DNA of 64,000 bases, counting the filler, from Sphacelaria rigidula (Eukaryota): NCBI GenBank assembly GCA_964200075.2. It is 8 parts of 8 records of this genome, joined end to end, with 100 filler letters (N's around TTAATTAATTAA, not from the genome) between each part and the next. Parts side by side here need not be neighbours in the genome. Positions count along the whole stretch, not along the records: positions 24,055 to 31,972 come from CAXNAA020012978.1; positions 32,073 to 39,989 come from CAXNAA020012979.1; 6 more parts are not named here. The stretch is one strand, 5' to 3'. Made by a program: the position numbers and the translations under genes. The notes below the pieces were generated by a model. The model searched no databases, had not been told where the DNA came from, and worked only from the letters and a program-made list of their open reading frames with translations. This document shows, in pieces, positions 23,955 through 37,505 of this stretch; position 1 is the first letter of the stretch, and every line of letters begins with the position of its first letter.

Positions 23955-24601
23955 NNNNNNNNNNNNNNNNNNNNNNNNNNNNNNNNNNNNNNNNNNNNTT
24001 AATTAATTAANNNNNNNNNNNNNNNNNNNNNNNNNNNNNNNNNNNNNNNNNNNNTCTCTGTCGGTGTTCGGTCGCTGTGCTTTAGGTTCGTTCTGTCGCA
24101 GCCGGTTTCCGGAAGGCGGGGGGGGGGGGGGGGGGGTTCAGACGTGTTTGTGAAGAAACGAACAGCTGAGTGCAAAACATGAACATGACAACAAAATTCT
24201 TCGAGGGAGGACCATACTCGGAAAGCGTACCCTGACTAAGCGACAGAAAACCCCTGCACAGGTTGAGCTTGCAACAGTACACTGCAAGCGCCACAATACG
24301 CACTTGATATGGCAAACAACGTCAACCGTACTGCAGCTGATAGTGTGGGTTGTGTATGTTTTCATCTCATCTATTCTGACGCCTACACCTCTCGATGTAT
24401 GTGGACGCACCAGGGGAGGTCACACAGGGGTTTTGTTCTTTTCTTCTCCCTTCACCTCTTTTCTGTGGTGCTCGCCTGTATTTTCGTCATGAGAAGGGCT
24501 TGCCCGTCCCTTTCCCGTGTCCACGAAGTACGGCCATCGAAATCAGTGCAGCGCGTTAGTCGACAGGGTATTGCCCTCTCAGCCATCACGTAACAACTTA
24601 C

Positions 24602-25236
24602 CTTGAGCTCCTCCCTTCTGCATCCTTTGCTTCATGAACTTGTCCGTGGGCAGATTTTCGTCACTGAAGTAAAACTCAACCTGTTTCACCACGGCCGCCC
24701 TCTTCTCCTTCGAGAGCTCTGCCGGGGGCGGTGGCGCTGTGTGAAACATGGAGATGGTACCGACATCACAAATCCACAGGTAAAAACAGAGATGCGGAGT
24801 CGTCAGCGGTTGGGGAAACTCTTCTATCGTCCCGGTAACTGTAGCTTGTTGATGAACATCTGGTTTGGAAAGAAATACAGGTGGAATATGAGCTTCAAAA
24901 CAAGGACGAATATTCTCGAGGAAGGTTCTCCTGACTTCATCGAACGTGTGAATCAGTCACCCCGGGAACCGAGACAGAGGACGGTTGGGCAGTACAATCA
25001 ACTCGGCTGCGGCAACTGTAGGTTCTTGTGTCTACATGAAATACAACGCACATTCTTCGCCGCTGGTTTGTTCATCAGACACCACAACTGACGCAATCGC
25101 AGGCCTGTCAATCATCACCGCCTGACTGTCTCCATCCACCATGCCCGGCACTTCTCCGTCGGAGGCCTGTCGAGGAGAGTAGCTCTCCGGAGACGTCGTG
25201 CCCTCCGTACCCGAAGTAGCAGACGTCTCCACCTCC
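24602..25236 (-). CDS. La-motif RNA-binding protein (LARP6-like), exons 25236-25052 and 24736-24602
   Basis: KRAAVVKQVEFYFSDENLPTDKFMKQRMQKG is the La-motif N-terminus. Splice sites CACAG|G..T|GTGCGT and CACAG|CG..G|GTAAGT are phase-compatible. Confidence 0.85.
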
Positions 25237-27519
25237 CTGTGTTGCCACAATTTTATTGCAGGGAATACCCGTCAAAGCTGTTTTTGTAACTCTTTGAACG
25301 CGACAAAATAACCCTCGAAATGCTTTGCTGCTGTTACCGACTTGAAAACCTCGGCCAAATTGCTGCGATAAAGCATGCTCATAGGAAACGAGGGGCGGAT
25401 AACTGAGTACACGTACAGTTCTTCTCGTTCGGACAGTCCCCGTTGCCTGTTGCGCACTGGTACTTGCGGGACAATGCTGGAAGCCCTCCAGCATGATCTT
25501 CGCCACTGCACGATGACTGTAGTGCATGCGATCTGGTACTGTGTGCTGAACACACACGCGACTACTCTTCGTTTCATCAACACCTCTGCTAAAGTCATGT
25601 ATACTTGAAGAACAACTCGTCGTGCGGGAGTAGAGTATGCGATAATATTCTCCGTACCCAGTCTGGGGTGCCAGTGAAAAGCACTTTTGGTGGGGAATGA
25701 AATGTCGACGTTGCTCTGCTCGAGTACGTACGTCGACAAGGAAATAAAATCTGCAAAACTGTGCAGGGTGAAGGTATGGGACGAGGCCATGTTGCTGTTC
25801 TCATGGGTCTCGGCAAAGCATTTTTTTCGATTTTTTTCAGTCGACAACAGCTTGAACAATACACACAGTACAGAAGGTACGGTACAATGAACGGAGACAT
25901 GTGCTCGTGAAAAACATACTAGGTAATTCCCCAACTAGGACCCCGCTGTCCAATACTGGCGTTGCCGGAGCGGTCCACTTCTAACCGGATTTCAACTACC
26001 GGGCATGTCGAAACCTCAACCCGACCGTGTATCAAGCGGAGGATCAGAGTAACGGACATGCCCATGTTTTATACACCACACTCAGCACTTCCAAGACACA
26101 ACGAACCGATCATGTTGGTTTGCCATACAGCGGAATACCCCCCCCCCCAAGAAGTAGGCGTGACCCAAGTTATAAACGATCGGCATCACGACCCGCATAC
26201 AGGGTCCCACGGTACCGAATGTACGAAAGTTCCGGGTGTGTAGCCCTTGCTCAGCTGCATACACCAGACTTCAATTGGCAGAAACTCGTTCAGTCTTTGA
26301 GGAGCTATGAAACTTTGCGTTGTTGCAAGCATTCATTACGGTTGTGGGACCGTTTTCATGAAGCTACTCGCTGCACTGTTTCTTCTTGTTTCCCATTACC
26401 CCGCCATGCTCTATACACTTTTCCTTCATCGGGCTCGGGACGACGCTACAGTCTCCAAGGATAAACCCATCTCTCCTCGAGTGCATTTCTGACATTCTCC
26501 TCTCAAGGACTGGACCAGCACTGCTGCAGCACCGTAATCGAAGAACGTACTGTAACGAGTGAGATATCGTATTTTACGCTCCGCGTGTATGAAATAACAC
26601 CTTTTCAGTCGACTTTCGCGAGATAGGTCACAATTTTTTCTTCAATCTCTCGAGACGGGAATTCGTTGAAAGTAATGAACCCCAAATCAGTAGTGGTGCA
26701 CGGACGATGTCGCTTTGCTGTGACACTCCAAAAACTCCGATGAAAGCGTTATAGGGCACCTATCTGTGTTCCCAAGCACTGCAACCTACATGTATGGTCG
26801 CGTTCAAAGTCTACTCAGCACAGGTGCACTTGATAATATCTGGGCATCGAAGCCTGTAGAAACGGTAGACCGAGAAATTTGGTAGTATATTTATGGTTGA
26901 CAACATGACTACTTGATTTTAGAGTTGAGAGTTCTGAGGAAATTAATGGTTTGGGGCGGGTGAGCAGTGGCCCCAGATCGTCCAGGACGTGTTTATGTCG
27001 ACATTGGCGCCTGCGGGGTAGATTTCAGGTCTGCCAACACAAACTTTGCCTAGGCGGACCTATGCATCCCCTTGCCCGAGGGTCTCGTACGCCTCAGGTC
27101 GGGGTTAGGATTAGGGTTATTAATAGTGTTTTTGTTAGTTCGTTCGAAAAAATCAACCATAGGTATACGACCAAAACTTCAGGTCACCTCTGTAGAGGTG
27201 TCGTTGCCGGTAAAAAACACTATTTTGATGCCGAAATCTTGATGTGTATCACTGTTTCTTCCGCGGTGTATCATGCCGTCGCCTGCACAAAATTCTGCTC
27301 TCAGGCTACTTGCGACGCAAAAAATAAACAAATCTTGTGAACCCCTAGACCGCGATGTGGACAGTCCATCTGGATAACGCACATTTGAGGAATTTGTTGG
27401 GCATGATGTGAGGGAAAATCCCAAATCGCTCCAAGATTTGAACCCACGACCCAACCATCAGAAGGTTTCGAGGTTACCAACTGAGCCACCGGGGCGACTG
27501 GCTGTCATCATAAGTCTGG

Positions 27520-28440
27520 AAAAAACGTGTTGAAAACTGCTTCCTGGCCCTTTTACGTCGTTTCACGCCGGAAAAGAGAGCTACGCGAATGTTATCACCT
27601 TGGAATCTTTGCTCTACTCGTTGAGACCCGTTCCAGGGTAACCTAGCTTTTCCCGTTGACCGCAATTTTGGTTTTGGCCAAACTTGCATTCTCGATAACA
27701 AACGGTCGAGTGATCAAAATACTGCCATTTTTTTTCTTCAATTTTGTTCATCACTTGACCGTTCGTTTTCGAAAACGCAACTTTGGCCGAAACCAAAATT
27801 GCGGCCAGCGGGAAACGCGAGGTTGACCTGGAACTGTCTCAACTAGTAAAGCAAGTCATTCAAAAGGTATCAACACCCGCCTAGTCCTCTTTTCGGGCGC
27901 AAAACGACGGAGAAGGGCCCAAAAGGCAGCTTTCAACAGGATTATTTTTCCGAACCATAAGAAATTACCTCGGGCTATTTCTCATGTATCGAAAAATAAG
28001 ACTCATTGAAAAGTGTGTTTTTGGCCCTTCTCAAACGTTCTTCTCCCGGAAAGAGGGCTAGGTAGATGTTGACACCTTGGAATGACTTGCTCTACTCGCT
28101 GAGACGGTTCCTAAGCACCTTTGCGTTTCCCAGGTCAATGTTTCGTTTTTGGCCAAACTTGCATTTCGAATAACAAACGGTCGAGTTATAAAAAAACAGG
28201 AGGGAAACTGACATTTTTTTGGTAACTTTACCGTTTGTTATTGAAAATGCAACTTCGGCCGAACACGAAATCGTGACCTACGGGGAACACAAAGGTGCTC
28301 TGAAACCGTCTCATCGAGTAGAGCAAGTCATTCCAAGGTGTCAATATCCGCCTAGCCCTCTTTTAGGAGGAAAAACGACGGAGAGGCGCTAAAAACGCAC
28401 TTTTCAACAAGTTTCATTCTTTCATACATAGGAAGTAGCC
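27520..28440. repeat. Two tandem, related ~430-470-bp palindromic foldback units
   Basis: Arms TTTGGCCAAACTTGCATT..AACAAACGGTCGAGT versus ACCGTT.GTT.TT.GAAAA.GCAACTT.GGCCGAA in each unit. Confidence 0.8.
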
Positions 28441-28639
28441 TCAGCGCAGTTATTTTCCCCAGAAGGACAAGGCGGGAGGGCAACCTTTTCTCGTCCCGTG
28501 CTCCCGTGAACAACCTCAAAAATAAGTACACGCCATATTCACCTACGGGACGAAGCCGCTCTTCCGAGACGAGACTCGCAGGTAAAGGGTCAGTACATCG
28601 CCCTCACAGCGTTGAAGATCACTTTCGAGTTTCAATTGA

Positions 28640-29240
28640 TTGGTCAACATTTTGAGTGTGCAAAGAAGACCGCGATGTCACTTGACCCTTAGACGGCGAG
28701 AAAAGGTCATGTGTGGAATCGGCATCAATTTCACTCGAAAAAAGCATGCATGATTCAGATAGGCTACCTTCGCGGTTTAAGGGTTGAGCCGTTGACGGCG
28801 AGGGTAGGTCAACTGCTGAATCGGCATCAATGTATACTTGAAAATAGTGTGCATGATCCAGATAGACTACCCGCACCGCGGTTTAACCCTTGGATCGCGA
28901 GGATAGTCCGTCTGGATCATGCAGACTTTTTCAAGTGAAACTGACGCCGATTCAACAAATGACCTACTCTCGTTGTTTACCTTTAGAAGCTTTGGACCGC
29001 AGTGCGGGTAGTCCATCTGGATCACGCACACTTTTTCAATCAAAATTGATGCCAATTTAACCCTTAGACCGCGGTGCGGGTAGTCCATCGGGATCATGCA
29101 TACTTTTTCAAGTAAATACTGATGCCGATTCAGCAGGCAACCTACCCTTCAACTAACTAACTAACTAACTAACTAACTTTGACTGCGAGGGTAGGTCACC
29201 TGCTAAATCGGCATCAATTTCACTTGAAAAAGTATGTGTG
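28640..29240. repeat. Foldback family built from AATCGGCATCAATTTCACTTGAAAAA / GATCCAGATGGACTACCCGCACCGCGG modules in both orientations; related pieces at ~23095-23250, ~27340-27385, ~46220-46320 and ~50812-51040
   Basis: Direct and inverted module copies are visible in several contigs. Confidence 0.7.
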
Positions 29241-29275
29241 ATGATTGATTGATTATCTCACATTAGCTAGTAACG

Positions 29276-29620
29276 ATCGCCCCGGTGGCTGTTGGTAACC
29301 TCGAAACCTTCCGGCGGCTGGATCGTGGGTTTAAGTCTCGGAACGATCTGGGATTTTATCTCACACCATGCCCAACAGTGGAGAGCGACTATGTCGTGGG
29401 TACACCAAAATCGACAGAACGGTCGACGAGGGAAAGGGACTGCTGAACCCCTCTCGCGATAAAGATGACGGCAAGCATCGCAGAAGGAAGGTGGAGTACA
29501 AAAATCAAAACAAAAACTCCTGTGTTGGCCTTCCTTCTGTGTGACCCCGGCTGGTGCGCCCACTTATACCGAAAGGTGTAGACCGGCATCTAGAATAGAT
29601 GGGACGTCGACACACACACA
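29276..29620 (+). mobile_element. tRNA-derived SINE ending in (CA)n; further copies 40380-40793 (-), 27410-27500 (-, head only) and ~24340-24525 (-, tail only)
   Basis: Head GCCCCGGTGGCTCAGTTGGTAACC (A box) ... GTGGGTTCGAATCTC (B box), best preserved in the minus-strand copies; shared body; CA microsatellite tail. Confidence 0.8.
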
Positions 29621-30702
29621 GCTAATTGCCAACATCCAGCTCGTGGTCAGGACCAACAAAAAAAGAATGAGAAATAAGGAAAGGAACAGAAAAAGGTAGA
29701 AGAAACAGCCACATAGAGGAAAGAAGAGAGGAAGGAGCGACAACATCGGCAATAACAACAACATACACACACAAACACGAACACAACACAACGAGCTGAT
29801 TATTTCGCACTACGGAACTGATTGCAACAATCCAGCTCGTGATCAGAAACATGAAAAAAATATATGAAAAATAGGAAAATAAAACGTAGAAAGGAAAACA
29901 AGAGATGAAAAAACAGAGTCAGACTCGTTTCCGGGGGGTGGGGAAGCACAGACGACACGAAAAGACAGACAACGGACCACCAGGAACAGGAGGTAAGCAA
30001 GTCAGAGACAGGAGCCAAACACAATGATCTACGTGTCTGGCGTAGGCTATGACGAGATGCGCTAAATTCAGATGGGCTTTCCGCATGGCGATCCAAGGGT
30101 TAAACCACAACTGAGTCGCCAATGATTCAGCACAAGATAGCCATCATGCCAGAGGGGAGAAAAACGAAAACACTTGTTAGAGGAGCGTGAGGAAAGAAAG
30201 GGGACGTGTGGAAAATCGGAGAAAGCTAAATGCAAGGGGAGAACATACAGGATGGACAGCCGAGAGGACGAGACAGGTACTGACGGCGACCAATTCCCAG
30301 CTAACCCTGACGGTTCCTGACCCGACTCGGCTCAGGTCTGCAAACGGTATCTATTTTTTGGGACGGGTGTGGAGGTGAGTTTACTGCGGGTGTGGCGTGA
30401 ACGAGCAACGTGTCTGCGCCGATAGCCCCGAGACAGTGACCGATACAGTTGCCAAACGTTACTTGTTCACGGATGAACACGTGGCATGAACTCAGATATC
30501 CGATTTTGATCAAATCTCGCCATGTATAATTATTTTCCATTTGGCCTCATGGTACTTCTCAGTGCGAATGTGGGTTCTCATAGTGTAGCGAATGTCGGGC
30601 GGGCAGATGAAGGCGCTGTGGTTTCAGAACGAAACGCGATACAGGCTGGTTCACGTTTGTCACCCAAAAAACACTCATCGGCAAAACCTCACGCCGTTTC
30701 AA

Positions 30703-30923
30703 GGAGTTAGACCCTGAAATTTTGCACGGATTTCCTAAGGGCAATTACAGAACTTTCGATGATCGAGGTTTCTTTACTCTTTTACTTTTTGCACCGTTTT
30801 GGGGGGAATCCTCGACCCAATCGGACCCCCGTGAAACGGTAACAAAAACAAAAAAAACCTCGTCCATCCAAAGTTGTGTAATGTCCCAAAGCACAGTTGA
30901 GCAAAATTTCAGGGTCCAACTCC
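30703..30923. mobile_element. 221-bp MITE with GGAG termini and a TCAA/TTAA flank (Kolobok-like?)
   Basis: GGAGTTAGACCCTGAAATTTTGC ... GCAAAATTTCAGGGTCCAACTCC|TTAA. Confidence 0.55.
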
Positions 30924-32942
30924 TTAAAACGGTGTGAGGTTTTTGGCCTTTGTGCGATGAAGTTTGCCGTGCCCCGGTGAAGCCGCAAACTACTTGATTT
31001 TAGTACCAAAACGACGTTTTTGAGCCTTCTTTGAGGTGAACATGGGAATTCAAGCATCAGTTGATCGAGTTCTGCGACGAAAATTTGTGGAGCCCATCCC
31101 TGGGTTACGCGGAGGGATATATTTCGCGAAAAAATGAAAAAAAAATCGTGGTCCCGTTTTTCTGGGGTCCCAAAATGGAGACTACTTCGAAAAACGACGT
31201 CGATCCCGTCGGACCCCTGAAAAACGGTGAAAAGCTCAAGATGTACAAAAAGCATCGTCCGTAGAAAGTTGCGCCATGATACACAGCATATTTAAGCAAA
31301 GTTTCAGGATTTAACTCCTAATGACAGCGTGAAAGTTTGCGCGTTTGTGGAGGACGTGGGCTCGAAACATGCAAATACCAACTACTTGGTTTTAGTATAG
31401 AAGCGTCTTTCGGGGTGAATTTGACGGGCAAGAAAAACTGTATGATGTTTTCGATTTTCTCCACCAAACTTTGTACGTGTGTTCCTTGGACAGTCCCGGG
31501 ACGCGTCATTTCATCATATTTCTTTTAGGGCACTCTGTACCGCCTTCTGGGGGTCTTCATGCTGGGACCCCCGGAAGCCGGTAGAGAACGGAGAAACCAT
31601 GATATATTGTAAGGAATACATTTTTTCCCATTTAGAGCATGAATAACTGCGGAACTGCCGAGTTTGAGGGCGATCTGAGCTTTTCTACAACAGATATAGG
31701 GGACACCGTCACGAGGCTCCCTGGGTCCTTCGTGCGTATCATGACTGGAAATTAGACGACGCCAACACCCGACATCAGGCACAGCACCCATACATGGGAA
31801 TAATTTTGTACTTCGAAGTAGTAAATTAAATTATTTGCGCGAAGCGCGATCATGTCCGAGCGTTCAAGGTCGGGACCCTGCACAGACTGAGGGCCCGTTT
31901 ATAATCAGCCGAAGAACTAAAACATGAAACATGTCTTGTTTCACTGTACTGCGGCACAAACACACTCACGTCNNNNNNNNNNNNNNNNNNNNNNNNNNNN
32001 NNNNNNNNNNNNNNNNTTAATTAATTAANNNNNNNNNNNNNNNNNNNNNNNNNNNNNNNNNNNNNNNNNNNNATCTATGGGCATTGCTAACGACAATATA
32101 ACGATAAACTTGACGATCGATGGCCATTACGGACGACAATATTGGCGTCTACTGCAGCAGATTATATTGCTATCGCAATAGATGCCGTCTATTGTCCAGG
32201 GTGTGATATAAATGCCAAACATCCACATGTTCATGAAAAAGGCGTTTTGTGCAGCGAGAAAAGAGCTGTTCTGAACCCCGAATGTGACATAATCCAACTC
32301 AGTCCACCTGCGGGGGGATCGCTGTCTAAGGGTTAAGGCTCACAGCGGGACCAAAAAATATGCATAGAATGAAACAAGCTTCCCAGAGCGTCACGTTGAT
32401 ATGTCGCCGCAACCATGGGCCCGCCTGGTGATAAAGTGACATGCTGCTATTGGGCACTTGTTTCGTTCTACTATTTTTTTTATTGGTCCTGTCACAATGG
32501 GCCCTAAACATGTCACTCGGTGTCGGCATAGGACAGAGTGCGAATTTCAACTTTCACGGATGGATGGCGGGTATTCCAGCCCGGGCGAGGCGTGGTTCGC
32601 GTCTTACAGTCACCGCAGGATTACCGACTCGAAGCACACAGTGCCAGTTTTGTCGCCAATTTGAGATTACGGATAATTTTCGTACACTAGACGCTTCCGA
32701 CCTACCCAGTGACATTCATCATTTGCCATCCGGACGCCTCAGTCACTGACGTAGTATTATACTTCCCTTTCCTTCGCATTTTGATATAATAAAGCTGGCC
32801 TTATTGTTTTCATAACTTTACTACTTCCTTTTCCTTAGCCACTATTTTTTCCCTTTCTTTTTAGTCGTCTTCTTCCTTCTTGTTTTCCTCCACATATCTA
32901 TCTCCGTTTTCCGTTTTGTTTTCTTCTCCTTTTCTTTCTCCG

Positions 32943-33280
32943 ATACCATATCACAGCCCGTACACAGAAATAAAATAAAGAAGCTCCCTTTTTGTTTACC
33001 CTACCATAATACAGCCCGGACATAGACATGAAGTAGTGAAGTTGACCCTCCTTTTCATTTAACCTACCATAACATAGCCCGGACATAGACGCAGAGTTGA
33101 GAAGCTGACCCTAATTTTTCTTTAACCTACCATAATATAGCCCGGACATAGACATGGAGAAGAGAAGCTAACGCTCCTTTTTATTTGACCTACCATAACA
33201 CAGCCCGGACATAAACATGAAGTAGAGAAGCTAACCCTCCTTTTTCTTCAACCTACCATAACACAGCCCGAACATGAAAA
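32943..33280. repeat. ~63-bp tandem repeat x5-6 upstream of the LINE
   Basis: CTACCATAA.A.AGCCCGGACATAGACATG anchors at ~33001, 33064, 33127, 33190 and 33253. Confidence 0.9.
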
Positions 33281-35903
33281 TGGAATAGCGAAAAATATCA
33301 GATCTACTTTCCCATACCAAATCGGAAAACAACCGAGATTCTCCCCCCCATATCATAATAAAAGTAAGACAAGAATAAAGCCAAACCTAGACATGAAAGT
33401 AACAGCGGGAAGATTGACCACCTTACATGCAAATCGAAAGTACAGAAAATATAGCCAGTACGGATAGGGTAGGGTCATCACCCTCTCGGTGTTATGTTCA
33501 CATGGAGGTTGGGGGCTAGTGCTGAGATACCCGTAAAACCTTACCGGTTTCCAGTACGCGGTGGGAATCTGGTCAGATATTTCTAGAAATTTCCGATAGT
33601 AGGTGCAAAAGGCGCCTAATGAAGGGAAGTGGTGGACACTGCATGACATATACGTCAAGACCTACTGCACTCATAAAACAAACACTTTACCAATGACCGA
33701 CCACATGAATTACGAGAAGGAGCACCAAGCGGTACGTAGACTTCTTGGGATCTTGAAGGATAGAAGCTGGTACAAGGTGTGAGGGAATCGTTGGCTAAGC
33801 TTTCGGCTGCGAAGGTCTACCCGGAAGCATTAGTGGCGTAGCGACCCATGGTGAATCGTATACGGAGTGGAAGAGTGATGTACGGGACATCCCGGTGTGA
33901 ATAAGACCTTGTGTTACGCAAGCCGTCCTTGAACCTTACACGGTGGAAATGACCTCCCTGGAGGAAAGTAACCAATACAGCAGCGGGGCAAGAAGATAGA
34001 ATATACGATCGTGGGACGCCTGGATGGTTTACCATGAAGATTGCTTGGCATAAAGGTGGGGTACTTGTGTCAAAGGTGTTGAGCTTCAGGCTACGAGCCC
34101 GTATTGGAGACATTATTTAGTGTCGGTGAGCCGGCAAAAAAGCCGGAAGGCACCAGACTCCCAACGAGTACCAGGATTGGGATGTCCCAGTGCGCTGAAT
34201 ATATCCTGCCACAGCAATAAAAACGGACAAGCTGGAGGCTCCTTCGAAGGAGATTGAGAGAGAGACGGTAAGGAAGGGCGGGTGGAGGAGTAAAGAGCGG
34301 ACGGGTAAAGTACTAGTAGTGCTGGTATTCGGAGTCCGTAGCGACATAACGATAATAGAGCATAAAAAGGAAATGCAATGGAGTTGGATTATACTGTTTG
34401 GCAAGAGGAGAGGTAGAAAGGGGGGGAGAACACTTCTGAGTCGCACTAAAACAGGGCGCGAGCAAGGAGTGGGAAAGGATACAGACAAGTAAGGTGTCGG
34501 CATGGGTAAGAAGGGTAGGATGGAGAGTATGCATAGCTGATGGAATAACAATCCTGAGCCGTAGTGCACGGGCAAACGGAGGGAAAGAGAGGCAGGAACA
34601 GGTAAATACCCGGTAGGAGAAGGGGAGGAGACACAGCGGCTTGAAGCAACTAGACAAAGATCAAATCGGCAAGGGGCAGAACAATCAAGTAAGGGAAAGT
34701 ATAAGTAAGAGACACGGAAAGAGGATAGGAGACAACAAGGTAGCAGAATGATTCGGAAAGGAAGTTGAGAATGGGATCGTGGAACGTGTGTGGATTCGCC
34801 ACGAACGAGCGCAAAAAAATAGAGATAGCGCAACAAGTAAGGAAGCGCGACCTAGATATAGTAGAAATTCAAGAATCATGGGAGAAAGAGGGGACGGAAA
34901 TAAGATGCAAGGTTGAAGAGTACGAATGAATAGGGCAAAAGCGGAAGGGACAGAACCCCAAGAGCAGGGGAACGGGGGGGTAGGATTCTTAGTCAAGTAA
35001 TACCTGTGCGACATTATCGAAATGATCGATGACAAGAAATTCGACGAGAGCATATGGATAAGGATACCAGGAGAGCGGGGAACCAAGTACATCTCAGCAG
35101 GGGACATCTATATGCCCCCAGAATCGAAGAGCAGGGTGAACGATGTTCAGCGTAGGTGTGGAGAGATAGCAGCAGATGTACATGAGTATACAAGGCAAGA
35201 AGATGTAATGTTAGTGAGAGATTTCAATTCGAGGGTTGAAAAAGCAGGTCAACCGGATGATATCATCAGGCAACACGGGGAAGATGAGAACACGAACGGA
35301 GTAGAAAAGCGGAAGTTCCTTGAGAATAAGGAGTTGAAGACGCTTGGCGATAGAGTACTAAAGCCAGAGGCGCAATGGACATGGACTGGGAACTAACTGT
35401 AAAGACGAGAGAGGACGCTCCGTTCTTGGCTATAAAGTGGTAGAACATGGAAATAGTAGGGAAATGGAAGTACATGTATGCGCGGAGGACGTGGGAACAA
35501 CGGATCATTGCCTGACATGAGCAGAAAGCCAACAGACGAGAGCTGAAAAAAGTAGTCGGGGTGGGGAGCTGTACAAATGGAAAATCGATCAGCTACATAT
35601 GGAAAAAAAACGGCAAGAGTTTCGAGAAGAGATGGCAGAAAATGTAGTGAACATTTCCGAAGTGTTGGAACGCGTAGGAACGGTTGATACCGAGATGGGA
35701 AGAGATCGGGCAGGAGCGAAGATTGTGGAAGGATGGGAGCAGGTGGCCAAGAACACAGCGAGCCAACTCATGGAAAAGAAACTGATCGTATACAACAGAG
35801 CAGTGAAATGGTGGGATGGGGAAGTAAAAGAGACTATAAGAGTAAGGAGAGAGGCCCACGCGAGATGGGTGTCGAGCAAAAGTACGGTAGGATGGAAGGA
35901 GTA

Positions 35904-36364
35904 TGTTAGAACAACAGATTTGTTACTGGTCTCTCATTTCGATAGTCGCTCATATCGAGTAAATAGCAGTACAACTTCCGCATCCTCAAAGGATTGCAAC
36001 TGTTCTAAGATTGTTAGCGGAGCTTCCGTCTCTGTTGGGTTAATGTAAAGTTCTAGGATTCTCATTACTTTGTTCTAGAGTTCTGTCGGGTTAATGTAAG
36101 TAGTAGGATTCTCATAAGTGAGAATATTCTCATAAGTAAGAACTTAGGCGTAGCGCATTGATCCGAGGGTACTTGTGGGTTGCCCCCACACCCTCTCACT
36201 CTATTTTTCTTCTTCATTCTCTTCACTGAGATTATCGGCCACATAAGCGCCAATTTCCAACATCAGTCTTTTCGACAAGCAAGTGTGCTCTACCGCCACT
36301 TCGTGCTGGCTCTGTGCATCTCTTTGAGATATCACGCCACATCAAGAACTACCTCGTTCTTTCA
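35904..36364. mobile_element. Solo LTR (461 bp) inserted in LINE ORF2, 5-bp TSD GAGTA
   Basis: GAGTA|TGTTAGAAC ... GTTCTTTCA|GAGTA; removing it restores the LINE frame W-K-E-Y-T-E-A-R-K-E-V-K. Confidence 0.9.
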
Positions 36365-37253
36365 GAGTATACTGAAGCTCGAAAGGAAGTTAAAAATATG
36401 GCACAGAAGAAAAAGAAGGAAGTATGGAAATATGTAGCAAACAATACAAACCAATATTTCGATGGCGGGATGAAATAATTTTGGATAGGGATAAAAGGGA
36501 TTATGGGAAACCAGGCAAGACATAAAGACAACGGGATAGCCACACTACGGGCACAGAACGGTAAAATGGTCAGCATTTCGAAGGGAAAGAGAGAAGTGCC
36601 AGTCGAGCACAACCGTAAACTAGGAACACCAAAAACTAACGCGAAGTTCGACGCGGAATTCGAGAAAGAGATTGACACGTGGGCAGAAGCAAATGTAGAG
36701 ACGTTGAAACGGGAGGACAGAGGCTCGAAATAATTGCACAGAGAGTTTACCAGAGAAAGGACAAGTGCGTTTCTAAACTCAAGAACAAAAAGGCAGCAGG
36801 AGCAGACGGAATAGCGGAATGAATTTCTCAAGTACGGGGGAGAAGGAATGATTGCCTTGATGGTTATGCTGGATAGCTGGATCTGGGAAAACGAGCACAC
36901 ACCCAAGAGGTGGAGAGCAGGAGCAGTAGTCAATATTTTCAAAAAAGGACACAAGGCTGACCCCGGAAATTATGGAGGAATAACGCTACTGAGCACGGTA
37001 AGGAAAACATTCTGGAAGATTCTGAGCGATAGAGTAGGAACAATGCTAGAAAAGGAAGAGAAAATTAGCGAGGGGCAAGCAGGTTTTAGACCAAAGCATA
37101 GTTGCGTAGACCATGCGTAGACACTAGGTAAGATTATCCAGGGTAGGAAAGACACCGAGCTGATAACGTACTGTTCATTCCTGGACGTGCAAAAGGCTTA
37201 CGACACAGTATGAAGAAGTGGGTTGCGGAAAAATACGTGGGAAACTGGGATCA

Positions 37254-37505
37254 GACTGCTGCCGAGATAGCCCCCCCCCTCCGAACCGGCCAAAAAAGTG
37301 CACGGGGGCGATACTAAAAAAATGCCGTTAGAGCTGGTTTCTCGCTGCACGACGCGACTCATTTGGGCGTCATAACTGATTTCGCACTGATACACGCCTC
37401 TCATGTGGGCGACGTTGCTGTAAACGAGCTCAACAGTGGAATCGAAGCCAGTTTGCCGGACGGTCTCCGGTGCACTGTTTGTAGGGGGCTATCTCGGCAC
37501 GAGTC
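37254..37505. mobile_element. 252-bp MITE (GACT..AGTC TIRs) in the LINE RT, 4-bp TSD ATCA
   Basis: ATCA|GACTGCTGCCGAGATAGCCCCC ... GGGGGCTATCTCGGCACGAGTC|ATCA; removal restores E-T-G-I-R-G-R-V-W. Confidence 0.92.

Noticed and set aside
25272-25934. 220-aa ORF as a stand-alone gene
   Set aside because: No motif; it probably spans intron sequence and perhaps an upstream exon of the La-motif gene.
27099-27120. Telomere-like GGGTTAGGATTAGGGTTA
   Set aside because: Only about three imperfect units, at an internal position.
33300-34760. LINE ORF1 with a possible esterase domain
   Set aside because: The position fits ORF1, but it is too decayed to support any motif call.
34117-34836. Long hydrophobic minus-strand ORFs (also 36349-36954 and 37959-38597)
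   Set aside because: Antisense shadows of the purine-rich LINE strand.
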